64,000 bases of DNA from an uncultured delta proteobacterium (GTDB lineage: Bacteria; Desulfobacterota; RBG-13-43-22): positions 796,663-860,662 of the forward strand of contig CAWBOS010000006.1 in NCBI GenBank assembly GCA_963790475.1, written 5' to 3'. Made by a program: the position numbers and the translations under genes. The notes beneath the pieces were generated by a model. The model had not been told where the DNA came from and made no database searches. It saw only the letters and a list, made by a program, of their open reading frames with translations. Shown here one piece after another: positions 18,143 to 28,200 of the stretch (its first letter is position 1; each line of letters starts with the position of its first letter).

Positions 18143-18727
18143 ATGCAGATACTTGCTTTTAACGGAAGCCCGCGGAAAACCGGAAATACCTCGGCCATCA
18201 TCAAGGCCATGCTCAAAGGGGCAAAATCAGCGGGTGCTAAAACCACAGAGGTCCGACTACACGATATCATTCTCAAAGGATGCATGGGATGCCTGACTTG
18301 CCGAAAAAGGCCGGGAAAATGCAAGCAGCAGGACGATCTGAGCCCTTACCTGGAAGCGATCAAGACCTGTGACGGGGTCATTTTCGGCACACCGATTTAC
18401 ATGTACCATGTGACCGGACAAATGAAGATGTTTATCGATCGATGTTATTCCCTTTATGTCAGTAAGCAGGACGGCTCAGGTTATACTTCCGCTGTGCCGG
18501 CAGGCAAGACCTTCGCCCTGGTGACCTCGCAGGGACATCCTGATGTGGAGCGTTTTCAAAAACCGATCCGCTGGTTCGCCGGCATGACCGGGGGCGGTTT
18601 AGGGATGATAGAGGTCGGTAGAATTATTCAAGGAAACAGCCATCTGGCGCCGGCCAAGGCCGATGAAGCCCTTTTGGAAAAGGCTTATAACATCGGACGG
18701 CGGCTGGTGAAACGGGATGAGAGTTAA
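18143..18727 (+). CDS. Flavodoxin/iron-sulfur flavoprotein
   Basis: NGSPRKTGNT; CxxCxxC-x6-C cluster; TPIY...MKMFIDR. Confidence 0.9.
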   Translation: MQILAFNGSPRKTGNTSAIIKAMLKGAKSAGAKTTEVRLHDIILKGCMGCLTCRKRPGKCKQQDDLSPYLEAIKTCDGVIFGTPIYMYHVTGQMKMFIDRCYSLYVSKQDGSGYTSAVPAGKTFALVTSQGHPDVERFQKPIRWFAGMTGGGLGMIEVGRIIQGNSHLAPAKADEALLEKAYNIGRRLVKRDES

Positions 18728-18763
18728 GAGGGTCAGAATCTAAGGAGCGCTTTAATGGTATTT

Positions 18764-18804
18764 CAAGAAAAAGAGGGCCATTCCTTCGGGCCCTCTTTTT
18801 CTTG
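18764..18804. terminator. Bidirectional intrinsic terminator
   Basis: CAAGAAAAAGAGGGCC/GGCCCTCTTTTTCTTG stem between convergent genes. Confidence 0.8.
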
Positions 18805-18815
18805 GTGAACCGTGC

Positions 18816-20111
18816 TTAATTTAAGGCCTCTATAATAGTCGTGGCCCCTTGCCCTCCTCCGATACACTGGGTAGCCACACCATAACGTTTCCCGCTGCGC
18901 CGCAGTTCTTTGGCGACCGTGAAAACGAGCCGATTGCCCGTTGCGCCAATAGGATGTCCGATTCCCAGCGATCCTCCATTGACATTCACTTTTTCCTCGG
19001 AGATGCCGAGCTCCTTCAATGAGCCAATAACCTGACAGGCGAAGGCCTCATTAAATTCAATCCGATCGACCTGGTCGATCGTTATTCCTGCATGTTTAAG
19101 CGCTTTTTGGGTTGATACGACCGGCCCCATACCCATGATTTGCTGTTTGACCCCTCCGTTTCCCCAGCCGATGATTCGGGCCAAGGGCTCCAGGCGCAAT
19201 TTAATGGCCATCTCCTCACTCATGATCAGGCTGGCCGTGGTCCCGTAGTTGGTCGGGCAGGAATTCCCGGCCGTGATCCTGAGCTCCTGACCGCCGTAAC
19301 TGACGATATCCTTGACCACCGGCAATTTAGCCAGGGAGGCCACGGTCGTGTCCGGCCGCAGACACTCATCACGGTCGAAGACCATCATAGGACCTCTGGC
19401 CTCTTCCACCCATTGCTTTTTCTCATCGAAAACCGGAGTCTCGATTTCCAAAGGGATGATCTCATCTTTATAAATGCCCTTTTCGTAAGCGGCCGCCAAC
19501 TTTTTATGGCTCCTTTCGGCGAAGGCATCCATCTCTTCCCTGGTCATGTTATACATCTCGACCACGTTCTGGGCCGTCTGGACCATCGAGGCGTTTGGGG
19601 GAGAATCAAGGAGATAGTCCGGGATGGGGGTGGAAAAATACTCAAAATGGTCGTGGGCCATATCCCGTTGGATTCGGTTCTTCTCCAATGTTCTGGGGTT
19701 GAAGTCGCCCACTCGGGTTGTATTCACCGAGGAGCCTCGAGGACCGAATTGACGCTCAACACCAAAAGAAATCCCGCACTCATACTGCCCAAGAGAGATG
19801 GCCATGGCAATTCGCAGCAGGGCTTCCATGCTCGAGGCGCAATGGCGGTCGGTATAGAAATTGGTCACTTCATAGGGCAAACCGGCCAAACGGGAGATAA
19901 AATTCAGAGAGGAAAGATCCATGGCCCTACGCCCGTTTCCAATCCCGAATTCAGCGATCATAGTCGGCTTGACCTTGGGATTCCGGGCCAGCAAAGCCTG
20001 GACGATTTTGGCCCCCAATTCATCCATGCGGGTTGCTTCCAGCTTTCCTTTGCCGCCGCGGGAAAAGGCCGATCGGCACCCATCAACAATTACTACATTT
20101 CTTGCTTTCAT
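18816..20111 (-). CDS. Thiolase (acetyl-CoA C-acyltransferase), paralog 2
   Basis: CASS, NEAF, GHPIGATG, CIGGG. Confidence 0.95.
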   Translation of the reverse strand: MKARNVVIVDGCRSAFSRGGKGKLEATRMDELGAKIVQALLARNPKVKPTMIAEFGIGNGRRAMDLSSLNFISRLAGLPYEVTNFYTDRHCASSMEALLRIAMAISLGQYECGISFGVERQFGPRGSSVNTTRVGDFNPRTLEKNRIQRDMAHDHFEYFSTPIPDYLLDSPPNASMVQTAQNVVEMYNMTREEMDAFAERSHKKLAAAYEKGIYKDEIIPLEIETPVFDEKKQWVEEARGPMMVFDRDECLRPDTTVASLAKLPVVKDIVSYGGQELRITAGNSCPTNYGTTASLIMSEEMAIKLRLEPLARIIGWGNGGVKQQIMGMGPVVSTQKALKHAGITIDQVDRIEFNEAFACQVIGSLKELGISEEKVNVNGGSLGIGHPIGATGNRLVFTVAKELRRSGKRYGVATQCIGGGQGATTIIEALN

Positions 20112-20127
20112 CGCTTAACCTTTCATT

Positions 20128-20156
20128 AAAAAAAGAGGGCCTTTCCCAAGGCCCTC
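20128..20156 (-). terminator. Intrinsic terminator between the two thiolases
   Basis: GAGGGCCTT-GGGA-AAGGCCCTC followed by T7 on the minus strand. Confidence 0.75.
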
Positions 20157-20180
20157 CTTAATAAACATCCAATGTATTTT

Positions 20181-21485
20181 TTAGTTAAGGGCCTCTAAAA
20201 TGGTCGTAGCTCCCTGGCCGCCGCCGATGCACTGGGTGGCCACCCCGTAACGCTTTCCGCTACGCCGGAGTTCCTTGGCTACCGTTAAAACGAGACGATT
20301 GCCTGTGGCTCCGATGGGATGCCCGATGCCCAGCGAACCGCCGTTGACATTCACCTTTTCTTCAGGGATGCCGAGTTCCTTCAAGGAGATGATCACCTGG
20401 CAGGCGAAGGCTTCATTGAATTCCACCCGATCGATTTGATCGGCCGTTATGCCGGCATGCTTGAGGGCCTTTTTGGTGGAGACGATCGGTCCTATCCCCA
20501 TGATCTGTTGTTTGACCCCGCCGTTTCCCCAACCGATGATCCGGGCCAGAGGCTCCAATTTCATTTTAAGGGCCATTTCTTCACTCATGATCAGGGCTGC
20601 CGTAGCCCCTGAATTGGTCGGGCAGGAATTGCCGGCCGTGATTCGGAGTTCCTGATTCCCGAAACTGACGATCCCCCTTACCGGTCCCAATTTGGCCAGA
20701 CCCTCCATGGAACAGTCAGGCCGAACGCATTCGTCACGGTCGAAGGTGATCATCGGTCCATGGGCATCCTCCACCCATTGACGTTTGTCATCAAACACGG
20801 GTTCCTCGATTTCCACCGGAATAATCTCATCCTTATAAATGCCTTTCCCATAAGCCGCAGCCAGCTTTTTATGGCTCCTGACCGCGAAGGCATCCAATTC
20901 TTCCCGGGTCATATCATACATTTCCACCACATTCTGGGCGGTCTGGACCATGGAGGCCATCGGGGTGGAATCGAGGATATAATCAGGTATCGGAACGGAA
21001 AAATATTCAGAGTGGTCATAGGCCATGTTGCGTTGAATCTCGTTCGGCTGAGCCACCTTGGGATTGAAACTGCTGACTCGAGTCGTCGGAGGGGGAACGC
21101 GCCCGCCGCCGATTTCCCTGGTCATCCGCTCCACACCAAAGGAAATGCCGCATTCATACTGGCCGAGACTGATGGCCATAGCAATGCGAAGCAAGGCTTC
21201 CATGCTGGAGGCGCAGTGACGGTCCGTGTAGAAATTGGTTACTTCATAGGGCAGGCCGGCCAACCGGGAGATATTATTCAGATTGGAAAGATCCAGGGCC
21301 CGGGCACCGTTGCCGATGCCGAATTCGGCGATCATGGTCGGTTTGACCTTGGGATTTCGTTCCAAAAGGGCTCGGACAACCGTTGCGCCGATTTCGTCCA
21401 TACGAGTCGCCTCGAATTTTCCCACTCCGCCGCGGGAAAAGGCTGATCGACATCCATCTACGATTACTACATTTCTTGCTTTCAT
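20181..21485 (-). CDS. Thiolase (acetyl-CoA C-acyltransferase), paralog 1
   Basis: CASS, NEAF, GHPIGATG, CIGGG; highly similar to 18816-20111. Confidence 0.95.
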   Translation of the reverse strand: MKARNVVIVDGCRSAFSRGGVGKFEATRMDEIGATVVRALLERNPKVKPTMIAEFGIGNGARALDLSNLNNISRLAGLPYEVTNFYTDRHCASSMEALLRIAMAISLGQYECGISFGVERMTREIGGGRVPPPTTRVSSFNPKVAQPNEIQRNMAYDHSEYFSVPIPDYILDSTPMASMVQTAQNVVEMYDMTREELDAFAVRSHKKLAAAYGKGIYKDEIIPVEIEEPVFDDKRQWVEDAHGPMITFDRDECVRPDCSMEGLAKLGPVRGIVSFGNQELRITAGNSCPTNSGATAALIMSEEMALKMKLEPLARIIGWGNGGVKQQIMGIGPIVSTKKALKHAGITADQIDRVEFNEAFACQVIISLKELGIPEEKVNVNGGSLGIGHPIGATGNRLVLTVAKELRRSGKRYGVATQCIGGGQGATTILEALN

Positions 21486-21768
21486 TAAGTCACCTCTCGT
21501 TTTTTAGTATTATACCTCGAAGGGATTTGAAAACAAACACCGGGGTTTTCAGAAACCTGCGTGTAAAACCTTATGTGAAGGTTATATAAAAGTTGGATTT
21601 CCAATGTCAAGGGGAAAAAAGATAAGGGGCATCAATCCCGTTAAGGTTATTAAGACCGGTTATGATTATTGTCTTGACACAAAACCAGCTTGTGATAATT
21701 TTGGAAGCTGTAATACGTATGTAATTAATCAACACTTGTTGAACTTGTGAAAAAAAGGAGGAAATAAA

Positions 21769-23853
21769 ATGACAAAGATTACCGATGTGGTTGATCTGGA
21801 AAAGCAAGGTGAGATTGCCGTGCTGATGATCAACAATCCCCCTGTTAATGCCCTCAGTGTGGGGGTTCGAAAGGGAATGGCCGATGGCGTAAAGGCGGCC
21901 ATGGAGGACGATTCAGTCAAGGCGGTAGTGATCGCCTGTGCAGGACGCACCTTTATTGCCGGGGCCGATATCACCGAGTTTGGAAAACCGCCCCAGGAAC
22001 CAGGGTTAGAGGTCTCTTTTGGATTAATTGAAAACGGCAAAAAGCCGGTTATCGCCGCCATTCATGGCACTGCGTTGGGAGGTGGTTTGGAAACGGCCCT
22101 GGTCTGCCACTTTAGGGTGGCCGTGCCTTCAGCCAGATTTGGTCTGCCTGAAGTCCTTCTCGGGCTATTACCCGGTGCGGGTGGTACGCAGAGATTACCC
22201 CTGGTCGTCGGGGTTGAAAAGGCCATCCAGATGATTGCCACCGGGAACCAAATCAGCGCCCAGGATGCCCTGAAAGAGGGTTTGATTGATGAAATTATCC
22301 AAGGGGATCTGTTGTCCGGAGCCGTTGCCTTTGCCAAGAAGGTTCTTGCCGAAAAGAGACCTTTGCGAAAAATCCGGGACCGTCGGGAAAAAGTTGATGC
22401 GGCCAAAGGTAAACCGGAGATATTTGCCGAAGCGCGGAAGGCCTTCGCCCGGTCAAAACGGGGATTTGAAGCCCCTCAGGCCTGTATTGATGCTGTAGAA
22501 GCGGCAGTAAACCTTCCCATTGAGGAAGGGCTGAAAAGAGAGAGGGAACTTTTCGTTAAATTAATGATGGGTTCTCAATCTGCGGCCCAGCGGTATGCGT
22601 TCTTTGCCGAAAGAGAGGTGGCCAAGATCCCGGATGTGCCCGCAGACACACCGCAGATACCCATTAACAAGGTCGGTATCGTCGGAGCAGGGACCATGGG
22701 CGGAGGCATAGCCATGAATTGTGCTAACGTCGGGATCCCGGTGCTCATCATGGAGGTCAACCAGCAGTTGCTGGACAAAGGTTTGGGTATTTGCCGCAAG
22801 AATTATGAAAACACGGCGGCCAAGGGGCGAATCACCAAGGAAGATGTGGAAAAACGCATGTCACTCATCAAAGGTACTCTGACCTTGGATGACTTTAAAG
22901 ATGTCGATCTGGTTATCGAGGCCGTATACGAAAATATGGATCTTAAAAAAGAGATCTTTGCTAAACTCGACAAGATCTGCAAACCGGGTGCCGTTCTGGC
23001 CTCCAACACCTCGGCCTTGAATATCGATCAAATTGCTTCGGCAACCAAGCGACCGGAGAGTGTGATCGGCCTACACTTTTTCAGCCCGGCCAATGTCATG
23101 CGCCTTCTGGAGGTCGTGCGTGGAACCAAGACTGCAAAAAATGTTATTGCCACCTCAATGGCCTTCGGGAAAAGGATTCAGAAGATTGCCGTACTGGTCG
23201 GAGTATGCCAGGGCTTCGTTGGTAACCGAATGTTGTATGAACGCTCGCGTGAAACCCAAAAGTTGATCCTGGAGGCGGGTTCGCCGCAACAGATCGACAA
23301 GGTCATCTTCGATTTCGGATTCCCCATGGGGCCTTTCACCATGAGTGATCTGGCCGGACTGGATATCGGCTGGAACAAGGCCGCCTCCAAGGGAGCAACC
23401 CTTCGGGAACGTCTCTGTGAAGCCGGACGATTGGGCCAAAAGACCAGTGCCGGCTTCTATGATTACCAGCCGGGGAACAGGACACCGATTCCCTCGCCGA
23501 TTGTCGAGAAAATGATCAAGGAATTCGCAGCAGAACGCAACATCCCCCAGAGAAAGATTACTGATGAGGAGATCCTGGAAAAGAGTCTTTACCCGATGAT
23601 CAATGAAGGGGCCAAGATTTTGGAAGAAGGGATCGCCATCAGGCCAAGCGATATTGATGTCATCTGGATTTACGGTTATGGGTGGCCCATCTATCGCGGC
23701 GGTCCCATGTTTTATGCCGATCTGGTTGGGGTCAAGAAGATCTACGACAAGATGGTGGAATTCCAAAAGAAGGAAGGCGATGTTTGGAAACCGTCAGCCC
23801 TGTTGGAAAAGTTAGCCAAAGAGGGTAAGGGGTTCAAGGATTTTCGAAGATAA
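21769..23853 (+). CDS. Enoyl-CoA hydratase / 3-hydroxyacyl-CoA dehydrogenase (FadB/PimF-like)
   Basis: Crotonase AGADI, GGGLE, LPE; dehydrogenase GAGTMG, SNTS, HFFSP, GFVGNR. Confidence 0.95.
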   Translation: MTKITDVVDLEKQGEIAVLMINNPPVNALSVGVRKGMADGVKAAMEDDSVKAVVIACAGRTFIAGADITEFGKPPQEPGLEVSFGLIENGKKPVIAAIHGTALGGGLETALVCHFRVAVPSARFGLPEVLLGLLPGAGGTQRLPLVVGVEKAIQMIATGNQISAQDALKEGLIDEIIQGDLLSGAVAFAKKVLAEKRPLRKIRDRREKVDAAKGKPEIFAEARKAFARSKRGFEAPQACIDAVEAAVNLPIEEGLKRERELFVKLMMGSQSAAQRYAFFAEREVAKIPDVPADTPQIPINKVGIVGAGTMGGGIAMNCANVGIPVLIMEVNQQLLDKGLGICRKNYENTAAKGRITKEDVEKRMSLIKGTLTLDDFKDVDLVIEAVYENMDLKKEIFAKLDKICKPGAVLASNTSALNIDQIASATKRPESVIGLHFFSPANVMRLLEVVRGTKTAKNVIATSMAFGKRIQKIAVLVGVCQGFVGNRMLYERSRETQKLILEAGSPQQIDKVIFDFGFPMGPFTMSDLAGLDIGWNKAASKGATLRERLCEAGRLGQKTSAGFYDYQPGNRTPIPSPIVEKMIKEFAAERNIPQRKITDEEILEKSLYPMINEGAKILEEGIAIRPSDIDVIWIYGYGWPIYRGGPMFYADLVGVKKIYDKMVEFQKKEGDVWKPSALLEKLAKEGKGFKDFRR

Positions 23854-23864
23854 ATCAGCAAGGG

Positions 23865-23890
23865 AGAGGGGCCGAAATCGGCCCCTCTTT
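23865..23890. terminator. Intrinsic terminator hairpin
   Basis: AGAGGGGCCG-AAAT-CGGCCCCTCT between convergent genes. Confidence 0.7.
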
Positions 23891-23901
23891 GACTTCCCTG
23901 T

Positions 23902-24567
23902 TTAATCTTGAGAAATTTTGGATCGTTTAACCTGCTCTTCCAGCCAGGATACCCAGGCCACAAGACCTTCACCGGTCCTGCAGGACACCTCAAAAATAAT
24001 CATATCCCGATTTAACTGGGACACCGCCTTTTTGATATTGTCGACGCTGCAATCCACATAAGGGAGCAGGTCAATCTTATTGATGATCAGAACCCGGCTT
24101 TCCTGAAACATGAGGGGATATTTCAAGGGCTTGTCATCCCCTTCAGTGACGGACAAAAGCATGACCTTCATATCTTCCCCCACCTTGAATTCCGCCGGGC
24201 AGACCAGGTTGCCTACATTTTCTACAATGAGGAGATCCAGGGCGGACAGGTCAAGTTGATTCATCGCTTCCCGGATCATATTCCCGTCCAGGTGACAGGC
24301 CCCGTCGGTGTTGATCTGTATGGCCTGAACCCCTTTTTTGGCGATCCGTTCGGCATCAAAGCTGCACTGGATATCTCCTTCTATAACTCCCATATGGAGA
24401 CGGTCTTTCAATAGTTCAATGGTTTTTTCCAAAAGACTGGTCTTGCCGGCCCCGGGACTGGACATGAGGTTGATCACAAACAGGTTGTTCCGGTCGAATA
24501 TCTCCCGATTCTGATCGGCGATCCTATCATTGACCTCCAAAATATTACGCACTACGGGTATCTTCAC
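23902..24567 (-). CDS. hypB: Hydrogenase nickel incorporation GTPase HypB
   Basis: SSPGAGKT, ACHLD, ENVGNLVCPAEF, EGDDKPLKYP, NKID. Confidence 0.95.
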   Translation of the reverse strand: MKIPVVRNILEVNDRIADQNREIFDRNNLFVINLMSSPGAGKTSLLEKTIELLKDRLHMGVIEGDIQCSFDAERIAKKGVQAIQINTDGACHLDGNMIREAMNQLDLSALDLLIVENVGNLVCPAEFKVGEDMKVMLLSVTEGDDKPLKYPLMFQESRVLIINKIDLLPYVDCSVDNIKKAVSQLNRDMIIFEVSCRTGEGLVAWVSWLEEQVKRSKISQD

Positions 24568-24642
24568 AATGGCCTCCTAATATCTAAGCTATGGTAATGC
24601 CGGACCCGGAAAAAGATTCTCCGGCCGGCAGTGATAAATCTT

Positions 24643-24987
24643 TTAATCCGATACCTCGATGGATTCAATTTTCAACTCCCGGCCGAACACCAATTCAGGA
24701 TCTTCTCCGCCACAGAATGGGCACTTAAATGATATTCCTTCTGAGGTAAATTCCTGATCGCAATTTGGACACCGATAAGTTATAGGGACCATTTTAATAT
24801 CCAGGGCAGTACCGGCCAGTCTCGTTTTAGAGGTGAGAATTTCAAAACATAGGGTCAACTGCTCAGGTACGACAGCGGACATCCGGCCTACGGCCAGGTG
24901 GATGGCTTTAAGGTTTTCTACGCCGTGGCGATTCATCTCCTGTTCAACAATGTCGATTATATTCTGGACCAGGGACATCTCATGCAT
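24643..24987 (-). CDS. hypA: Hydrogenase maturation nickel metallochaperone HypA
   Basis: MHEMS start, two CxxC pairs, GREL. Confidence 0.95.
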   Translation of the reverse strand: MHEMSLVQNIIDIVEQEMNRHGVENLKAIHLAVGRMSAVVPEQLTLCFEILTSKTRLAGTALDIKMVPITYRCPNCDQEFTSEGISFKCPFCGGEDPELVFGRELKIESIEVSD

Positions 24988-25221
24988 ACTTTTTTTCCTG
25001 AAGGATGTGTTATTCTGATAGAAATGACAGGATTCCGGATCAATGCCTTATCTGTTCACCGTGAATTATGCTGCAATAAAGCTTAACTTTTTGTCAAGGT
25101 AAAAATGATTAAGAGGAATTAGCAGAGGGATTAGGGCTATCGAGTAATGAATAGATCGTTTCTGTAGCGGGATAGGATTTTTTGAAAGAAACCAGATCCC
25201 GCCACTTTTTTATAAGGTCAA

Positions 25222-28200
25222 TTATTTTCTTATACCTGTAAACTTGGTTTTAAAACTCCTATCCGATCCATAGGTGGTTCCAGCACTATTGGTAGCTACA
25301 AGGCGGTAATGATATACGGTATAAGAACTCAGTCTGGTAATACCGGCAGACACCGCCATATTGCTTGTGCCGCTTCCAGATGAGGTAACGGTCGTGTTAT
25401 TACCATAAGAAGTAGTCCGCCCCCACTGAAAAACATAAGTCGTGGATAAGCCGTTGGGATTGACCGTCCCGTTCAGAGTGGCGGAACTCCAGGGTACCAA
25501 GGTGGCTGAGCCGGTTACGACCATAGGCTGATTTATTCCCGTACTTAAACTAAAGGTTGCGGTAACACTCACATTCGCGTTCATGGTCACCTGGCAGGTA
25601 GTCGACATCCCGGAACAGCCGCCTGACCAACCGTTGAATACGGAATTGGAATCCGGTGAGGTCGTCAAGGTGACGGCAGTGCCGGAAGGAAAGGTGGTCC
25701 CGGTCGGATTGACGGAAACACTTCCGCTCCCCGTCCCGACTTTGCTTACTGTTAGGGTATAATTGGTAATGGTAGAAAATGTTGCGCTTATAGTATGGTT
25801 GGCGCTAACCGCAGAGAAAGTATAGGAAGCAATCGCCCCCTGAGACACTTCGTCCACGGTTACATTGGCAATCTTGTAACCGGCATTGGCTGCGATCGTA
25901 AAGGTCTGGTTAGCCCCGGACTGGACACTGATCCCTCCCGAGGGAGAAATAGCCCCGCCCGTTCCGGCCGTGGCGGTGATGGTGTAGATTTGGTTGTTGT
26001 TATTGGTAAAACTTTTATCTACTCCATAGGTGGTCCCTGCACTGTTGGTGGCCTTAAGGCGATAATGATAAACGGTATTAGACCTCAGCCTGGTTATATT
26101 GGCCGAAGAGGCGACATCGCTTGTGCCGCTTCCGACCGTGGTAACGGCCGTGGTACTACCGTAAGAAGTGGTCCGCCCCCATTGAAAAACATAGGTCGTG
26201 GATAAACCCTTTGGATTGACTGTACCGTTCAACTGGGCGGAACTTGAGGGTATCAATGTGGCTGATCCGGTAACAACTGTCGGTGGATTAGTTGCCGTAC
26301 TGGAATTGAATATCGCGGTAACACTCACATTCGCGTTCATGGTCACCTGGCAGGTAGTCGACATCCCGGAACAGCCGCCTGACCAACCGTTGAATACGGA
26401 ATTGGAATCCGGTGATGCTGTCAGGGTGACCTGGGTGCCGGCGGGAAAGGAGGTTCCGGTGGGGTTGGAAGAGACACTGCCGCTTCCCGTCCCGGCATTG
26501 GTTATTGTAAGAGTGTATGTGTTGGAAACAAATGACGCAACGATAGTATGGTTGGCGTTTACGGTCGAGAAGGTATAAGAACTGATTGCTCCCCGAGAAA
26601 CGCGGTCCACAGTCAGGTTGGCAATCTTGTAACCGGCATTGGCTGCGATCGTAAAGGTCTGGTTAGCCCCGGACTGGACACTGATCTCTCCCGAGGGAGA
26701 AATAGCCCCGCCCGTTCCGGCCGTGGCGGTGATGGTGTAGATTTGGTTGTTGTTATTGGTAAAACTTTTATCTACTCCATAGGTGGTCCCTGCACTGTTG
26801 GTGGCCTTAAGGCGATAATGATAAACGGTATTAGACCTCAGCCTGGTTATATTGGCCGAAGAGGCGACATCGCTTGTGCCGCTTCCGGCCGGGGTAACGG
26901 CCGTGGTACTACCGTAAGAAGTGGTCCGCCCCCATTGAAAAACATAGGTCGTGGATAAACCCTTTGGATTGACTGTACCGTTCAACTGGGCGGAACTTGA
27001 GGGTATCAATGTGGCTGAGCCGGTAGCGACCATGGGCGGATTTAATACAGCGCTGAAGGTTGCGGTAACACTCACGTTCGAGTTCATGGCCACCTGACAG
27101 GTGGTCGTGCTCCCGGAACAGGCCCCCGACCAGCCTCCGAAGGTGGAATTGGCGTCAGGTGCGGCAGTCAAGGTGACTTTGGTGCCGGCCGGAAAAGAGG
27201 ATCCGGTAGGGTCGGTAACAACACTACCGCTGCCCGTCCCATTTTTGAATATGTTCAGGGTATAGTTGGGAATGGTTGCGAAGGTTGCGTTGATAGTATG
27301 GTTGGCGGCCACCGTTTGAAAAGTGTAAGAGGTGATCGCCCCTTGGGATACGCTGTCTACCAGGACACTGGAAATTGTATAGCCGGAATTAGGGGCGATG
27401 GTAAAGCTTTGATTGGCCCCGGACTGGACACTAACCCCCCCCGAGGGAGAAATGGTTCCGCCGGTTCCGGCCGAAGCGGTGATGGTGTAGGTTTTAAGGT
27501 TGAAAGTTGCCGTGACGGAGACAATGGAATTCATCATTACCTGACAGGTAGTCGAATTCCCGGAACAACCGCCGCCGGACCAGCCGCTGAATACGGAATT
27601 GGCATCCGGTAAGGCGGTTAGGGTAACCTGCGTCCCGGAGGAAAAGCTGGCCCCCGTCGGACTGGTCGAAACCGTGCCGCTGCCCGTCCCATTTTTGAAT
27701 ATGTTCAGGTTATAGTTGGGAATGGTCGTAAAGGTCGCGCTTATGGTGTGATTAGCAGTCACCCCTGTGAAGGTGTAAGAGGAGATCACCCCTTGGGATG
27801 CGCCATCGACCAGGACGTTGGAAATTGTATAGCCGGAATTAGGGGCGATGGTAAAGCTTTGATTGGCCCCGGATTGGACATTGGTCACCCCCGATGGGGA
27901 AATGGATCCACCCGTTCCGGCCGAGGCGGTGATGGTGTAGGTCTTAAGGTTGAAAGTTGCCGTGACGGAGACAATGGAATTCATCATTACCTGACAGGTA
28001 GTCGAATTCCCGGAACAACCGCCGCCGGACCAGCCGCTGAATACGGAATTGGCATCCGGTAAGGCGGTTAGGGTAACCTGCGTCCCGGAGGAAAAGCTGG
28101 CCCCCGTCGGACTGGTCGAAACCGTGCCGCTGCCCGTCCCATTTTTGAATATGTTCAGGTTATAGTTGGGAATGGTCGTAAAGGTCGCGCTTATGGTGTG

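Noticed and set aside
19140-21446. Long plus-strand ORFs (329 aa, 228 aa) opposite the thiolases
   Set aside because: Antisense shadows of GC3-biased genes; no motifs.
23902-24987. hypAB without hydrogenase genes as a novel nickel system
   Set aside because: Stand-alone hypAB is common in this group; structural genes are probably elsewhere.
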